A DNA stretch of 64,000 nucleotides. It comes from a virus. The translations under genes and the position numbers were made by a program. Position 1 is the stretch's first letter; the number at the start of each line of letters is the position of its first letter. Shown here piece after piece: positions 50,740 to 60,364 of the stretch. Location of the stretch: IMG/VR virus record IMGVR_UViG_3300050016_000171, positions 1-64,000 of that record, one strand, 5' to 3'. Below the pieces are notes generated by a model. That model had not been told where the DNA came from. It ran no database searches and saw nothing but the letters and a program-made list of their open reading frames with translations.

Positions 50740-51234
50740 TCACGAGTTCACCCTTCTGATCCAGCCGATAATAAATTGACGTTCGGCGGGATGCTCGCTG
50801 CCGATATCAAAAGAATGCTGAGCCAATACAGTCTTGAACGCCGACAGAAGCGAAAGGGGCTCGGCTCCGTTCACTGCGGCCAGCGTTTGGGGCCCGAAGT
50901 TCCCATCAATACTCAGCTGAAGAACGCCCTGAATCAAGTGCACAGCCTCGCCCACGCCGAAGAGCACGCCCATATCGAATATTTTCGATGCCACAGACTG
51001 GTCCTCGATAGACCAATATAGTGGGTTGTTGTAACGTTGCGGCTGTGTAGTCGTCTCGTACCACTGCGCGGCCTCGGCGGATGTCAGCGTGCGAACATCT
51101 TTGCCCGGCATCGTGAGATTCAGATCCCGTTGAGTGATGCCGAAATTCGTGGCGCCCCCGGGATCAGCAGGGTTATCCACAAAGCCGCCCTCGTGTTGAA
51201 GCGTCAGCAGTACCGCTATTGTGAAATCAGCCAT
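50740..51234 (-). CDS. glycoside hydrolase family 108 endolysin
   Basis: HEGGFVDNPADPGGATNFGITQ; DGNFGPQT; GWIRR; start at MADF. Confidence 0.9.
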   Translation of the reverse strand: MADFTIAVLLTLQHEGGFVDNPADPGGATNFGITQRDLNLTMPGKDVRTLTSAEAAQWYETTTQPQRYNNPLYWSIEDQSVASKIFDMGVLFGVGEAVHLIQGVLQLSIDGNFGPQTLAAVNGAEPLSLLSAFKTVLAQHSFDIGSEHPAERQFIIGWIRRVNS

Positions 51235-51603
51235 TCTTCCCCTCCCGATGAAACGTATCATGCCCCCCGATTTGCACTGAATCGAGATGGTTATATCCGT
51301 CTTCAACCGCAAGAATGAAACTAGCACCTGCCCAATTCCGCAGGGCCTGCCAGAATCGCTCCTCGGGGTGCAGCAGACAATAAGCTATGAAATCTACCAA
51401 CACTTTGCTGTTGCGCGTCTCAGTAACCCACTTCGCGGGTGCCAGATTGGCGCGCACCTTGCCTAGCGAGGCGGGATCGTCCATCTCTCCGTAATAGGTT
51501 CCGTCCACGCAGCGACAATTGGAGCCCTTGCAGAATTCGCCCGCTGCGCAGCTACCGTGCTCGCTATTGGGATGCGGACACCCGCAATTAGGATTTACAT
51601 AAC

Positions 51604-52266
51604 TCATTGTCCTACCTCCAATTCGTACGTGGACAGCTCGGACACGCACGTGAACTTCGTCTTGTAGCCCGGCGCGTGAACTTCCTTATCAACGTGGTAG
51701 TGGCCGAAGACCCACTCCTCGGGTTGATGCGCGTCGAGCATGGCCTGCAAGGCTCCGCACGTCCGAGACGTGCCGCAGGCCTGCTTCGCCATCCAATACG
51801 GGCCCATCAAATTGTAAAGTAGAGTCTTGTTGACGATCTCGGGGCAGTCGTGGCTCAACATGATCCGCGGTTTGGCCGCAATGTACATGTCGATGATCCT
51901 ATCGAATACCCCATACGACAACTCTTCGTCGCACCACCAACTGATACCTTCGATGCGCATGTCACGGTCGATGCTCCACGCTCCGGCCACGTGAAAGATG
52001 TCGGTCTCTTTATCGTATCCCCAGTCACCGCGGTAGTTGCCATGTCGGCGGCACTTCTCGGGGTCGTCGTGATTGCCACGGAAGAAAGTATGGTTGCCCG
52101 TCGGCATAGTCGTGCCCGGGGGCGGCAGACCCACGCCCTTGAAACCCAGTCCCATGTCGCCCACCTGAATACTCGTGGCGTGCGGGGCCTGCCCTTCCAG
52201 TTTTCGCAGAAGGTGGACGTACTGACCCGTCTTTCCGTGTACGTCGCCTATGATTGTGATCTTCAC
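51604..52266 (-). CDS. calcineurin-like metallophosphoesterase
   Basis: GDVHG, VGD, GNHD, SHDCP, FGHYH. Confidence 0.9.
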   Translation of the reverse strand: MKITIIGDVHGKTGQYVHLLRKLEGQAPHATSIQVGDMGLGFKGVGLPPPGTTMPTGNHTFFRGNHDDPEKCRRHGNYRGDWGYDKETDIFHVAGAWSIDRDMRIEGISWWCDEELSYGVFDRIIDMYIAAKPRIMLSHDCPEIVNKTLLYNLMGPYWMAKQACGTSRTCGALQAMLDAHQPEEWVFGHYHVDKEVHAPGYKTKFTCVSELSTYELEVGQ

Positions 52267-52582
52267 TTAGACCACCTCCGCTGGAAATATTTTGTTAGCA
52301 AAAAGGGCGTATTCTGTGTTCACCATTTGTAGTTTTTCCAGAGTAACTTTGCGCCAGCCTTCTCGCTCGAATCGCGTCACCACTACATCATCGTCTAGTA
52401 CTTCAAGCCTCCCATCAGGTATGGCTTCAATTGACGTGCCACTAACCATAACTCGTGGTCCGGTTGGCGGATATACATACCAAATTTTCATCATTTACCT
52501 GTCCTCCACCAGCGCGCCACACGCGCAATGATAATCGTGAGAGCGACCCATCCGAATGAAACCGCGCACAGGGTTCGAAGAA

Positions 52583-53137
52583 TCATAGCCGCGATCCGGG
52601 TGTCGCCAGCCCCTTGTTGATGCGGCGAGAGAGATCGGATTGCTTCTGGGCCTTCCGGGCTCGCGTTTGGAGACGGGTATTGATGATACGGATGGCCTCG
52701 CGAACGCTGTGCGTGATGTCGGGCTGATAATTCGGAAATGATTCCGCGAATTCCAAATCGGCGTCGAACAATTCATCCGCGAGTTGCTTGGCCTCCAGCG
52801 TCCGGGGATGCCGGTGCCGAAGAATTCTGCCCTTGAAGCGCGCGGCGCCCATCAGTCCGTTGCGCGTCTTGGGCGCGATCAAAATGGTCTTCTCGTCCTC
52901 CGGTAGTTGCAGGCCGGTCTCCGCGTCCAGCTCGTAGTGCGCCGTGGAGTAGGTCAGATCGGCATGTACGACCGCGGAACGGTGGCGCCCCAGAACGCAG
53001 CCCGGGTTTCCGCAACGGGTCATCTTACCCAGACCCGGATTACGCTCGCTGTAGGACTTGGCGTAGTGTTCCGCGTGGTATCGGAGTGTTGCCTTGGCGA
53101 CTTCAGAGAGTTCGCCCACCACATTGATTCGAATCAT
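52583..53137 (-). CDS. hypothetical protein
   Basis: AGGAGG RBS; 184 aa. Confidence 0.6.
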   Translation of the reverse strand: MIRINVVGELSEVAKATLRYHAEHYAKSYSERNPGLGKMTRCGNPGCVLGRHRSAVVHADLTYSTAHYELDAETGLQLPEDEKTILIAPKTRNGLMGAARFKGRILRHRHPRTLEAKQLADELFDADLEFAESFPNYQPDITHSVREAIRIINTRLQTRARKAQKQSDLSRRINKGLATPGSRL

Positions 53138-53535
53138 AGCCCCTCCTAAAATGGTCGAATTTTCATGCCCTTCAAAAGTTTAATATCCAGATCGGTAAGC
53201 ATACGGTCGAACTTTTTCGCGCCCTCATCGTCCCCGTAATGATAACGGTTGCCGCCAACCTGCCCGGCCTTCTCGGCCCTCTCGCGAAAAGTCGTACCGT
53301 CGGGGCAAACGTGCTCCGAAGGCCGACACGTGTAAACCCCCTTACACCAAAAGCAAACGATGCCCTGCGGCAGCTCGCCTTGCGGCATGATTACTCCCCT
53401 TCTTTTTCCTCGATCTTCACGCGCGTCCAATAGCCGCCCGTGCGTCCGTCGTTGTAGAGCGTGAAGACTTGCTTGGTGCGCCCTACCTTTTTATCCTTCT
53501 CCCACTTCTCGCGGCTCGCTCCGTTCTTCTCATTG

Positions 53536-53970
53536 CTAGCTCGTCGGGGCATCAGGCCCTCCTTCGTTCTCCATAGCCGCTGCGTCCACGCCCATGGAAT
53601 CGTTGACCAGTTCGACAACCTCGGCCAGTTTGTTCTCGGCGCCCATAAACTCCTCGACCGGCGTCTCGGCCATTGTTGGTGCCATCGCTTGAAGCGCGGC
53701 GTACGCTCTGTCATACTTCGCTTGAAGATCATCGTAATGAGCGAGAGGAACCGCGTCCACCCACTTCGAAGCCACAAGGGCCTCTCCCAAGACGATTGCT
53801 TCGTCGTACTTCGTCAATAGGAAGCGAGTGTCGTCCGGTGTCACCGCCAGCTTCGCGTCCAGAAGATTGCGAATGCTCTTGATGATTTCTTGGGGCGTAC
53901 GTTCCGCCAACTTTGTCTTCTCGCTCTTCTTGACCGAACGTCCAGCCTGTTCTCCTACGGTGTGTCCCAT
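53536..53970 (-). CDS. hypothetical protein
   Basis: TAATG-coupled to the upstream gene. Confidence 0.55.
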   Translation of the reverse strand: MGHTVGEQAGRSVKKSEKTKLAERTPQEIIKSIRNLLDAKLAVTPDDTRFLLTKYDEAIVLGEALVASKWVDAVPLAHYDDLQAKYDRAYAALQAMAPTMAETPVEEFMGAENKLAEVVELVNDSMGVDAAAMENEGGPDAPTS

Positions 53971-54224
53971 TAGAGTTTGCCTCCTTCGTCTTGGATTTGA
54001 TTCTCGGCCCGCACTGAAATCGATTTTACTGCGAACATGCTCGCCACTTCGAGGGATTCCCGAACGGCTTGAAATTCCCGATCACCTGCGAACGTCAAAT
54101 TATTGGCGCAAAGGACCGTCAACTGAGTCAGGGCCTTGTCGAAGATCTGGCGCACTTCCAAAACTTTGTTGACGCCTCTTGAGTTCAAGGCATACGTTTT
54201 GAATTCCTTATTTTGAATGTCCAT
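53970..54224 (-). CDS. Acb2/Tad1-like helical-hairpin protein
   Basis: AGGAGG RBS; EFKTYALNSRG...FD..L...GDREFQAVRESLEVASMFAVKSI resembles the RE.S.....LEE..MWA.K pattern. Confidence 0.6.
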   Translation of the reverse strand: MDIQNKEFKTYALNSRGVNKVLEVRQIFDKALTQLTVLCANNLTFAGDREFQAVRESLEVASMFAVKSISVRAENQIQDEGGKL

Positions 54225-54280
54225 AATTCCTCCTTGTACATCTATGATGCGAATCTTACATGTTGGTGGGATGAAGAATC

Positions 54281-54730
54281 TCACCACACACCGTCCATGC
54301 CTCCCGACATCGCGACGCCCAGCATGCACGCCGTCCACTCTTTGCCGTGCGATCCTTTGCCGTCGTGCTCCGCGACTCCGTAAGTCTGGATGTGACACAT
54401 CTCGTGAATCATGGACTCGATAGCAACGGTCTGCGCGACGTTCGCGTAGGGCGCGATGTGAATCGAGCACGCCGAAGGCTTCATCGTAACGATATCGAGA
54501 CTGCATTCCGTTGAGCCCACGTCCTCCGGTTCGTCCGGGTCCGGCGCGTAGATGATCGCGGTGTCCTTCGGCAACCGTCCACCGAAATACTCGTCGTTGT
54601 AGGTGGAGTAGATGCCCTCTAAAAATTCCGTGTTCACCGCCGATTTTCGCGCGGCGTTCGCCGCGACAGCGTGAAGCGAACCACCGACGATAATCATAAC
54701 TGCGACACACAGTGCTGTAATCTTTTTCAT
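54281..54730 (-). CDS. secreted SprT-like metalloprotease
   Basis: Signal peptide; YNDEYFGGRLP...IHEMCH...HGKEW. Confidence 0.8.
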   Translation of the reverse strand: MKKITALCVAVMIIVGGSLHAVAANAARKSAVNTEFLEGIYSTYNDEYFGGRLPKDTAIIYAPDPDEPEDVGSTECSLDIVTMKPSACSIHIAPYANVAQTVAIESMIHEMCHIQTYGVAEHDGKGSHGKEWTACMLGVAMSGGMDGVW

Positions 54731-54752
54731 TGGGCCTCCTGACTACTCAACC

Positions 54753-54781
54753 ATCCTACTATACTTCGACGTGAATGTCAA
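54753..54781 (-). promoter_or_regulatory. sigma70-type early promoter
   Basis: TTGACA-17 bp-TAGGAT. Confidence 0.75.
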
Positions 54782-55497
54782 GCACTATTTTGGTGCCCGC
54801 CTGCCGTGCGCTCATCCGCGGTAAAAGGGAAGAGGCAACGGCCCTCCATAGGATCGTTGATGGATTCCGGTGCGCCGTACGCCCTAGAGCCTACCTTACG
54901 CTGATTGCCGACCAAGTGCGGCGCGCCGTCCTTGTTTTCAATGACTTGGCCGTCCTCAACCGTCAAACCGTAAAACAGGAGTGCGCGGGCCTCCATGTGC
55001 ATTTCATGAATCATCTCGATCTTCTTGATTGAGGCGCCCACGGCGTTGATGTAAGCCCTTTCGATATCGGCCTTGGTGATCAGGTCGATGCGGGGAACCC
55101 TGCCGACGACCACAGGGCGCCATATGTGGCCTAGCGCGCCCCTCAGGGGCGTCCCCAGAGCGTTGCGCCGGGGCGGGTCAGGCTCGCACCTCAGAACTTC
55201 AGAACTTTTCGTCTTATAGGCCCACAGAGCGTGGCCGGAATCACACAAATCGATGGCCTCCCGGAACGTGATCCATTTGCGGCACTTGCAGTTAGGCCGC
55301 ATCCTGTAGTATTCAGGGGCCTTAGTGACCTCTTCGAGCCAAGATTTGGGCTCGTCCTCATCGCGCCGGGGATTGCGGACGCAAATGTATCGATTATTTG
55401 GAAGGATCTGTTCTTCCAAGGTGCCCGGCCCGTAATCTTGCAAGAGACGGCACGTGTGAACCTTCACCGAGAACTCCACAACCATAGCGCGTTTCAT
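54778..55497 (-). CDS. hypothetical protein
   Basis: 239-aa ORF, ATGA-coupled to the HNH gene. Confidence 0.6.
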   Translation of the reverse strand: MKRAMVVEFSVKVHTCRLLQDYGPGTLEEQILPNNRYICVRNPRRDEDEPKSWLEEVTKAPEYYRMRPNCKCRKWITFREAIDLCDSGHALWAYKTKSSEVLRCEPDPPRRNALGTPLRGALGHIWRPVVVGRVPRIDLITKADIERAYINAVGASIKKIEMIHEMHMEARALLFYGLTVEDGQVIENKDGAPHLVGNQRKVGSRAYGAPESINDPMEGRCLFPFTADERTAGGHQNSA

Positions 55498-56033
55498 GGC
55501 TGCAGCCTTTCAAGAATTTCTTTGATGTGGTAGATGAATTCCTGTTGTGAGAGTTCTTGTTTCATATAATTGCAAATTTTACAGCAAGAAGTGCAATTTT
55601 CAGGCGTATACCCTAACGAGTTGTTCTTCCTGTCGATGCCATTGTAAAAATAGGATTGCCCGTTTTTCTTCTGTTTACCGTTATGCGCTCGATGTTTGCT
55701 TTCTTGAGATGGTGATTCGCCGCAGTAAAAGCAATCAGCGGATGTGAGTTCTCGAACAAGAGTTAGAGAAAGATGAAAATCTTTATTCGTTCGTTTGGCG
55801 TTTTCTCGATAACATCTAAAGACGGCTCTAAAAGCTGCCTCATCTCCTACCAGCCGTGTTTGGCATTTTCCGCAACCACGACTCTTTCCCGCCAATAGAT
55901 TTCGACCATAAATTGACTTAGTCTTTCCGCACGTACAGACACAATCCCAGCAAATTCGACTACTTTTTCGGGCGCTTCGCCCTAAAACTTCCCATCGGCC
56001 AAATAGCCGCCCAGATAAGTCCTTTAGTTTCAT
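55494..56033 (-). CDS. HNH homing endonuclease
   Basis: DLSGRLFGRW...WDCVCTCG; CFYCG...NGIDRKNNSLGYTPENCTSCCKICN. Confidence 0.88.
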   Translation of the reverse strand: MKLKDLSGRLFGRWEVLGRSARKSSRICWDCVCTCGKTKSIYGRNLLAGKSRGCGKCQTRLVGDEAAFRAVFRCYRENAKRTNKDFHLSLTLVRELTSADCFYCGESPSQESKHRAHNGKQKKNGQSYFYNGIDRKNNSLGYTPENCTSCCKICNYMKQELSQQEFIYHIKEILERLQP

Positions 56034-56090
56034 ACACAATACCCTTTAGAGACTGGATCGCGTTTCACGGAGTCCTCTCAAAACCTGTTC

Positions 56091-56501
56091 CTACACAGGC
56101 ATGACTTTCGGTCGACCTCGGGGCTTTCCTCCCAAGATCCCATGACCATCTGCCCTACAACCCGCTGCGACCCGTTTGATGTTTCGCACCAACGTGTCCA
56201 CAGTCACGTAGTTCAAATTCATCTCTGCCGAAATTTGACCACGAGTCTGCTTCATACGAAAGTACAAATGGATGATCCGCATCCAGCGACCGGCTGCTGC
56301 GGATTGTTTCTTATTTGTTTTCAACTTAGGAAATGACCGAAGCAAAATCTTTTGAATTTTGGCATCGCTATTCGCCCAATCCGGGGTCTCTTTCTGTATG
56401 CTTCTAATCACCAAAATTTGGTGGCCGGAACGCATAAATTGTTCTTTCGGATCTATTTGTTTCGCCAACTCCCCATATGTGGGGCGCAAGTTATTCGCCA
56501 A
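56091..56501 (-). CDS. HTH protein (sigma70 region 4-like), possible transcription regulator
   Basis: IIHLYFRMKQTRGQISAEMNLNYVTVDTLVRNI; C-terminal RGRP. Confidence 0.5.
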   Translation of the reverse strand: MANNLRPTYGELAKQIDPKEQFMRSGHQILVIRSIQKETPDWANSDAKIQKILLRSFPKLKTNKKQSAAAGRWMRIIHLYFRMKQTRGQISAEMNLNYVTVDTLVRNIKRVAAGCRADGHGILGGKPRGRPKVMPV

Positions 56502-56800
56502 GGGTCTCGCCCTTCTCTGGGTACAATTTTTCGATCTCGTCTGCTGTGATCACGTCCGAACCCTGATTCGCGATGTGATCTGTACCAGAAGGCTTCCCGG
56601 AGATGCGAAGATCCTTATCGAACTGATGGCTCTGAAAGTGGTCGCTCTCATCAGCTTCATCCGTCGCAGGATTATACTTACGTCCGACAGCTTCGACCTG
56701 ATCCTGCCGGGGATGCTCCTTGCAAATGAATCTTGCGTTGGGAGAAACGGCTTCCTCCGTCAGATGCACATTCGCGCAGCCCTTCACTTTGCACTGTATG

Positions 56801-58018
56801 CTATTCATTGTCGGCCTCTTCCTCTGGTGTTTCGTCCGCGAACAGGTCGTCCAGTGTCTGATCTGCGGATTGAATGAAATTTGCATCACGGTACAACTTG
56901 TCTTCCTTCACGAACGCTTGGAAGTATGGATCGCTCGTGTCGTCGTGCGGGTATCGCACTCCGAACGTGTTGTCCCAAGTATTCGTCTTCCACGCGTTGA
57001 CGATGCTCTGAATCTGGCGCCCGGCCACGCGTCCTGCTGTTGCCGCGCTCTCCTTAGTGACGAACGAGGCATTAAACTGTACACGGCAGCGAGTAATGGC
57101 TGACGCCGGAACCTTGCATGCGTTCTGAGCCAACCACATCTCTTTGCGCGCTACTGCGGCCTTGGTCGTGTCAAGCTTCCCGTCCGGCTTACGGCCCTGA
57201 GCCTTCTCCATTTCCTCGATCTGGAAGGTTCCGGCCAACAGCCACCAAAGATCGTTCTCGTCTTCGGCCCCCACCACCGCCTCCGTGCCAGCTTTATACG
57301 CTCCGGCGTCCACCAACAACGTTACGATACGGCCCTTCGCCAACTTGGTGCTGGCTTTCTTGAACCAAAGGAACGCCACGTCCCGAATGTCCGCGAGCCA
57401 GCTGTAGCGGCGCAACTGCATATCGAATCTCGACATGCCTTGAGACTCATGGAAGTCCTTCGCTCCTGTTTTGATGTCTACGATTAACGGTCGCAGTATA
57501 CCATACTCTGCCCTCCATGTCAAGGGCGGAAGTAAGGGATGTGCAGGATCTACATAACACACGATATCCAGCTTCCCGGCGTCTTCGATCTCGCCGTAGT
57601 TGGAGTCTCCGGGGTAAACCTCCTTGGCGTACTCCCTCTGGAACACGCTCTGGGCCCCCATGGGGATCGGCAGAGAGGGTTGCCTAAGGATGTACAGTTT
57701 CATCATGTCAACGCCACAGCGGTTCAGGTTCTCCCAATCCTTTTCGGTCTTGGAGAACTTCAGATCCTTCTGCTCCTTGTGCGCCCCCCACTCAGCCTCG
57801 AATGTTTCAATGCCGCGGACCCCGTTGTTCTCATGATAGAACTGGATCGCGGTTTCCAGCGCGCGCCCGAACTTGAACGCGGCCTTATTGTCTATAGGCT
57901 TCCAGCCTTCGACGCGCCTCAGGTAATACTTGAGGGGGCATTGGTCGAAGTCCAGTCCTGCGCTGTATGAGTGTTTGCGCCACGCTTGACCCTTCTGGTT
58001 CACATATAGAACAGCCAT
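56801..58018 (-). CDS. PD-(D/E)XK nuclease (RecB/AddB-like)
   Basis: HSYS...CPLKYY...FGRALE; GKLD...IVDIKT; QLRRY. Confidence 0.8.
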   Translation of the reverse strand: MAVLYVNQKGQAWRKHSYSAGLDFDQCPLKYYLRRVEGWKPIDNKAAFKFGRALETAIQFYHENNGVRGIETFEAEWGAHKEQKDLKFSKTEKDWENLNRCGVDMMKLYILRQPSLPIPMGAQSVFQREYAKEVYPGDSNYGEIEDAGKLDIVCYVDPAHPLLPPLTWRAEYGILRPLIVDIKTGAKDFHESQGMSRFDMQLRRYSWLADIRDVAFLWFKKASTKLAKGRIVTLLVDAGAYKAGTEAVVGAEDENDLWWLLAGTFQIEEMEKAQGRKPDGKLDTTKAAVARKEMWLAQNACKVPASAITRCRVQFNASFVTKESAATAGRVAGRQIQSIVNAWKTNTWDNTFGVRYPHDDTSDPYFQAFVKEDKLYRDANFIQSADQTLDDLFADETPEEEADNE

Positions 58019-58293
58019 TAGTCTTCCTCCTCGCCGCCATCTTCTTCGTCGCCATCCCAAATGAAATCGTCGTCGTCATCGTCCTCTTCGAGGACGTCTT
58101 CTGGGTCTTCGAAATCGTCGCTGTCCTCGCCAAACATCATTTCGTCGAGACGCCTGAGAACTACACCCTCTTCGTCGATCTCCTGAGGGTCGCGCGAGGC
58201 GCAAGTCTTGCAGGTGTTCCGCTCGTACTCGTAATACTCTTCGAAGTCATCCTGCGTTTTGATTGTGGCGCAAACATCGCAAAAGTGGATCAT
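58018..58293 (-). CDS. highly acidic CxxC protein
   Basis: CDVC...CKTC with an Asp/Glu-rich tail. Confidence 0.65.
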   Translation of the reverse strand: MIHFCDVCATIKTQDDFEEYYEYERNTCKTCASRDPQEIDEEGVVLRRLDEMMFGEDSDDFEDPEDVLEEDDDDDDFIWDGDEEDGGEEED

Positions 58294-58793
58294 AGAGTCT
58301 CCTTAGATTCTCGAAGTTTCCGCAAAGCGGGGGCGACAAATTCCATCATCTCCCCATATGTCAAATGGTCGAGTTTAATCCTGTTGCAGCGTACACAACA
58401 CGGCACTACATTGTTTGCAGAATATGAACCTCGCGGGTCTACTTTATCTAAAGAGTATCCTCTTATACCCAAAGGCCCGAGACAATAGTGGCACCCGTTA
58501 AAACTCAACAAACCAATAAAGAAATTCGTACGCCATAACGGATCGCTCTTAGAGACTTTGGTTTTCTTTAAAAAGAACACCAATCGTGCGTGCCGAAACG
58601 AAAAGGTTTGCTGTAAGCGCGATCTCTCTTCGCCGTGAGTTGCATAGTGCCTCTTAAAATACAATCGCATTTCGGCAGCATGTTGGGTACGATACTTCTT
58701 CGCGCAGATTCGGCACCATCCTCTTGTTCGTCTGAGGACCGAAGGCGAGGCGGTCTTCTTTGTCAACTCGCATCTACACTTATAGCATTTCAT
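58290..58793 (-). CDS. HNH endonuclease
   Basis: CHYC...SLDKVDPRGSYSANNVVPCCVRCN. Confidence 0.85.
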   Translation of the reverse strand: MKCYKCRCELTKKTASPSVLRRTRGWCRICAKKYRTQHAAEMRLYFKRHYATHGEERSRLQQTFSFRHARLVFFLKKTKVSKSDPLWRTNFFIGLLSFNGCHYCLGPLGIRGYSLDKVDPRGSYSANNVVPCCVRCNRIKLDHLTYGEMMEFVAPALRKLRESKETL

Positions 58794-60364
58794 AACGTCT
58801 CCGAATTCGACAAATTCTGAATCTGATCCTTGAACGGCTCCAAGAACATACTATGGCGTCCTGAGTAACTGATGTGTAAGAGGTGAGCCGCCCTTGTCGC
58901 TGCAACATAGAAAATTCTGGTTTCCTCTTCCAACTCCCCGTCCTTATGTGGCATCCGCCCCTGTTCGGCCCCCACAATAAAGACATTTTCCCACTCTCTT
59001 CCTTTTGCTTGGTGTACTGTACTTAGAGTCAATCCTTTCGCATTCTTGCGCCCATGCGAACGCTTGCGCAAATACTCTATGAACTCCTTGATGGTTCCGC
59101 CCTTCGTGCCAGCCAGAGTTACAACGCTGTTCAAATTCTCGATAGGGTTTGAATCTTTCGTTACACTGTGCTTATATACTTCAAGCATGCGGTGCTTCTC
59201 GATTAATCCCTTCAACACTTGCGCAGCAGGCTGATTGCTGTCTACCTCTTTAGCATATGTAAGAAGCTTTCGAACCTCGTTTTGATCAAAGAAGTCCTTC
59301 TTCCCCAATATTTTGTACTTGATGCTGCGCATCGTGCAGATGCGGTGATAGATGAAAAGTTGGCGGTTGGTGCGCGCCAGTATCGCGGTGTTCTCGGGAT
59401 CGGTGATCTGCGCCAGAACCCAGTAAGCTTCCTCATGATCATCGGAGTACTTCTTGAAGACGGGGCCGATACCCTCTTCGTTGTCTGTCATCATGCGTGA
59501 CGCGATGCCGTTATCCTTGGGCAGAATAGCTTTGAAAAATTCGACCAACTTTTGGGTGCTGCGGTAATTCTTACCGATGTACAACGTGTTGGCTCCCGGG
59601 AACTTCTGGGCGAAGTTGGTCAGGTTTCCGCTCTGCGCGGAGCGCCATTCGTAGATCAATTGGTTCTCGTCGCCTACGACAAAGATGTTGCCATTGAACA
59701 GGAGTTGCAGGATGCGGAACTGAACCACGTCCGTATCTTGACACTCATCCACGGCAATGTACTTGCGCTGCCATTTCGCACGGACCTCGGCGTTGGATTC
59801 CAGCAACGCCAGCGTCTCCTGCATCACGCTGTCGAAGTCCAGCCACCCCTGCTCGCGACATTCCTTTTCGTAATCGGAGTAAGCCAAAGCGTAAAAGTAT
59901 TCGATGCCGTTGTTGCGGGATCTATCCATGGCCTCGTCGGGGTCGATGTTCTGGCGCTTCCAGTCCGACAAATATTCCTTCAGCGCGTTGAAGTTTCGAA
60001 TCGCGGGATAACGCTTCACAAGATCGAACAGCAGTTTGTAATCCTCCATGCCCACCGGAATCACTGTATCGCATAGAGGAAAAGACAAATTGCTTCGCTC
60101 CTGCCGTAGCAGTTCCATGCAGAAACTGTGGAAAGTGCGGAACACCTTGTCGGCGTCCAGCAGGCCAACCTTCTTCACCATAGCCTCAGCAGCCGCAGAA
60201 GTAAAACTCAGATTCAAAATGTCCCGAGATGAAATTCCACGCATCAGCATAGCCAAATGGCGCTGAACAAGAGTCGTAGTTTTTCCTGTGCCGGGGCCTG
60301 AGACGGCTACCCAAACGCCGTCTATAGCCTCGACACACGCTTTCTGTTCTGCGTTGAGTTCCAT
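58790..60364 (-). CDS. UvrD/PcrA-like SF1 helicase
   Basis: GPGTGKT, TFHS, VDECQD, VGDENQLIYEWR, NYRS, STVHQAKGREW, YVAATRA. Confidence 0.92.
   Translation of the reverse strand: MELNAEQKACVEAIDGVWVAVSGPGTGKTTTLVQRHLAMLMRGISSRDILNLSFTSAAAEAMVKKVGLLDADKVFRTFHSFCMELLRQERSNLSFPLCDTVIPVGMEDYKLLFDLVKRYPAIRNFNALKEYLSDWKRQNIDPDEAMDRSRNNGIEYFYALAYSDYEKECREQGWLDFDSVMQETLALLESNAEVRAKWQRKYIAVDECQDTDVVQFRILQLLFNGNIFVVGDENQLIYEWRSAQSGNLTNFAQKFPGANTLYIGKNYRSTQKLVEFFKAILPKDNGIASRMMTDNEEGIGPVFKKYSDDHEEAYWVLAQITDPENTAILARTNRQLFIYHRICTMRSIKYKILGKKDFFDQNEVRKLLTYAKEVDSNQPAAQVLKGLIEKHRMLEVYKHSVTKDSNPIENLNSVVTLAGTKGGTIKEFIEYLRKRSHGRKNAKGLTLSTVHQAKGREWENVFIVGAEQGRMPHKDGELEEETRIFYVAATRAAHLLHISYSGRHSMFLEPFKDQIQNLSNSETL

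Noticed and set aside
55494-58860. Kissing-loop leader before the two HNH genes
   Set aside because: Not found; only a weak imperfect stem at about 56045-56085, and the second gene is translationally coupled to UvrD.
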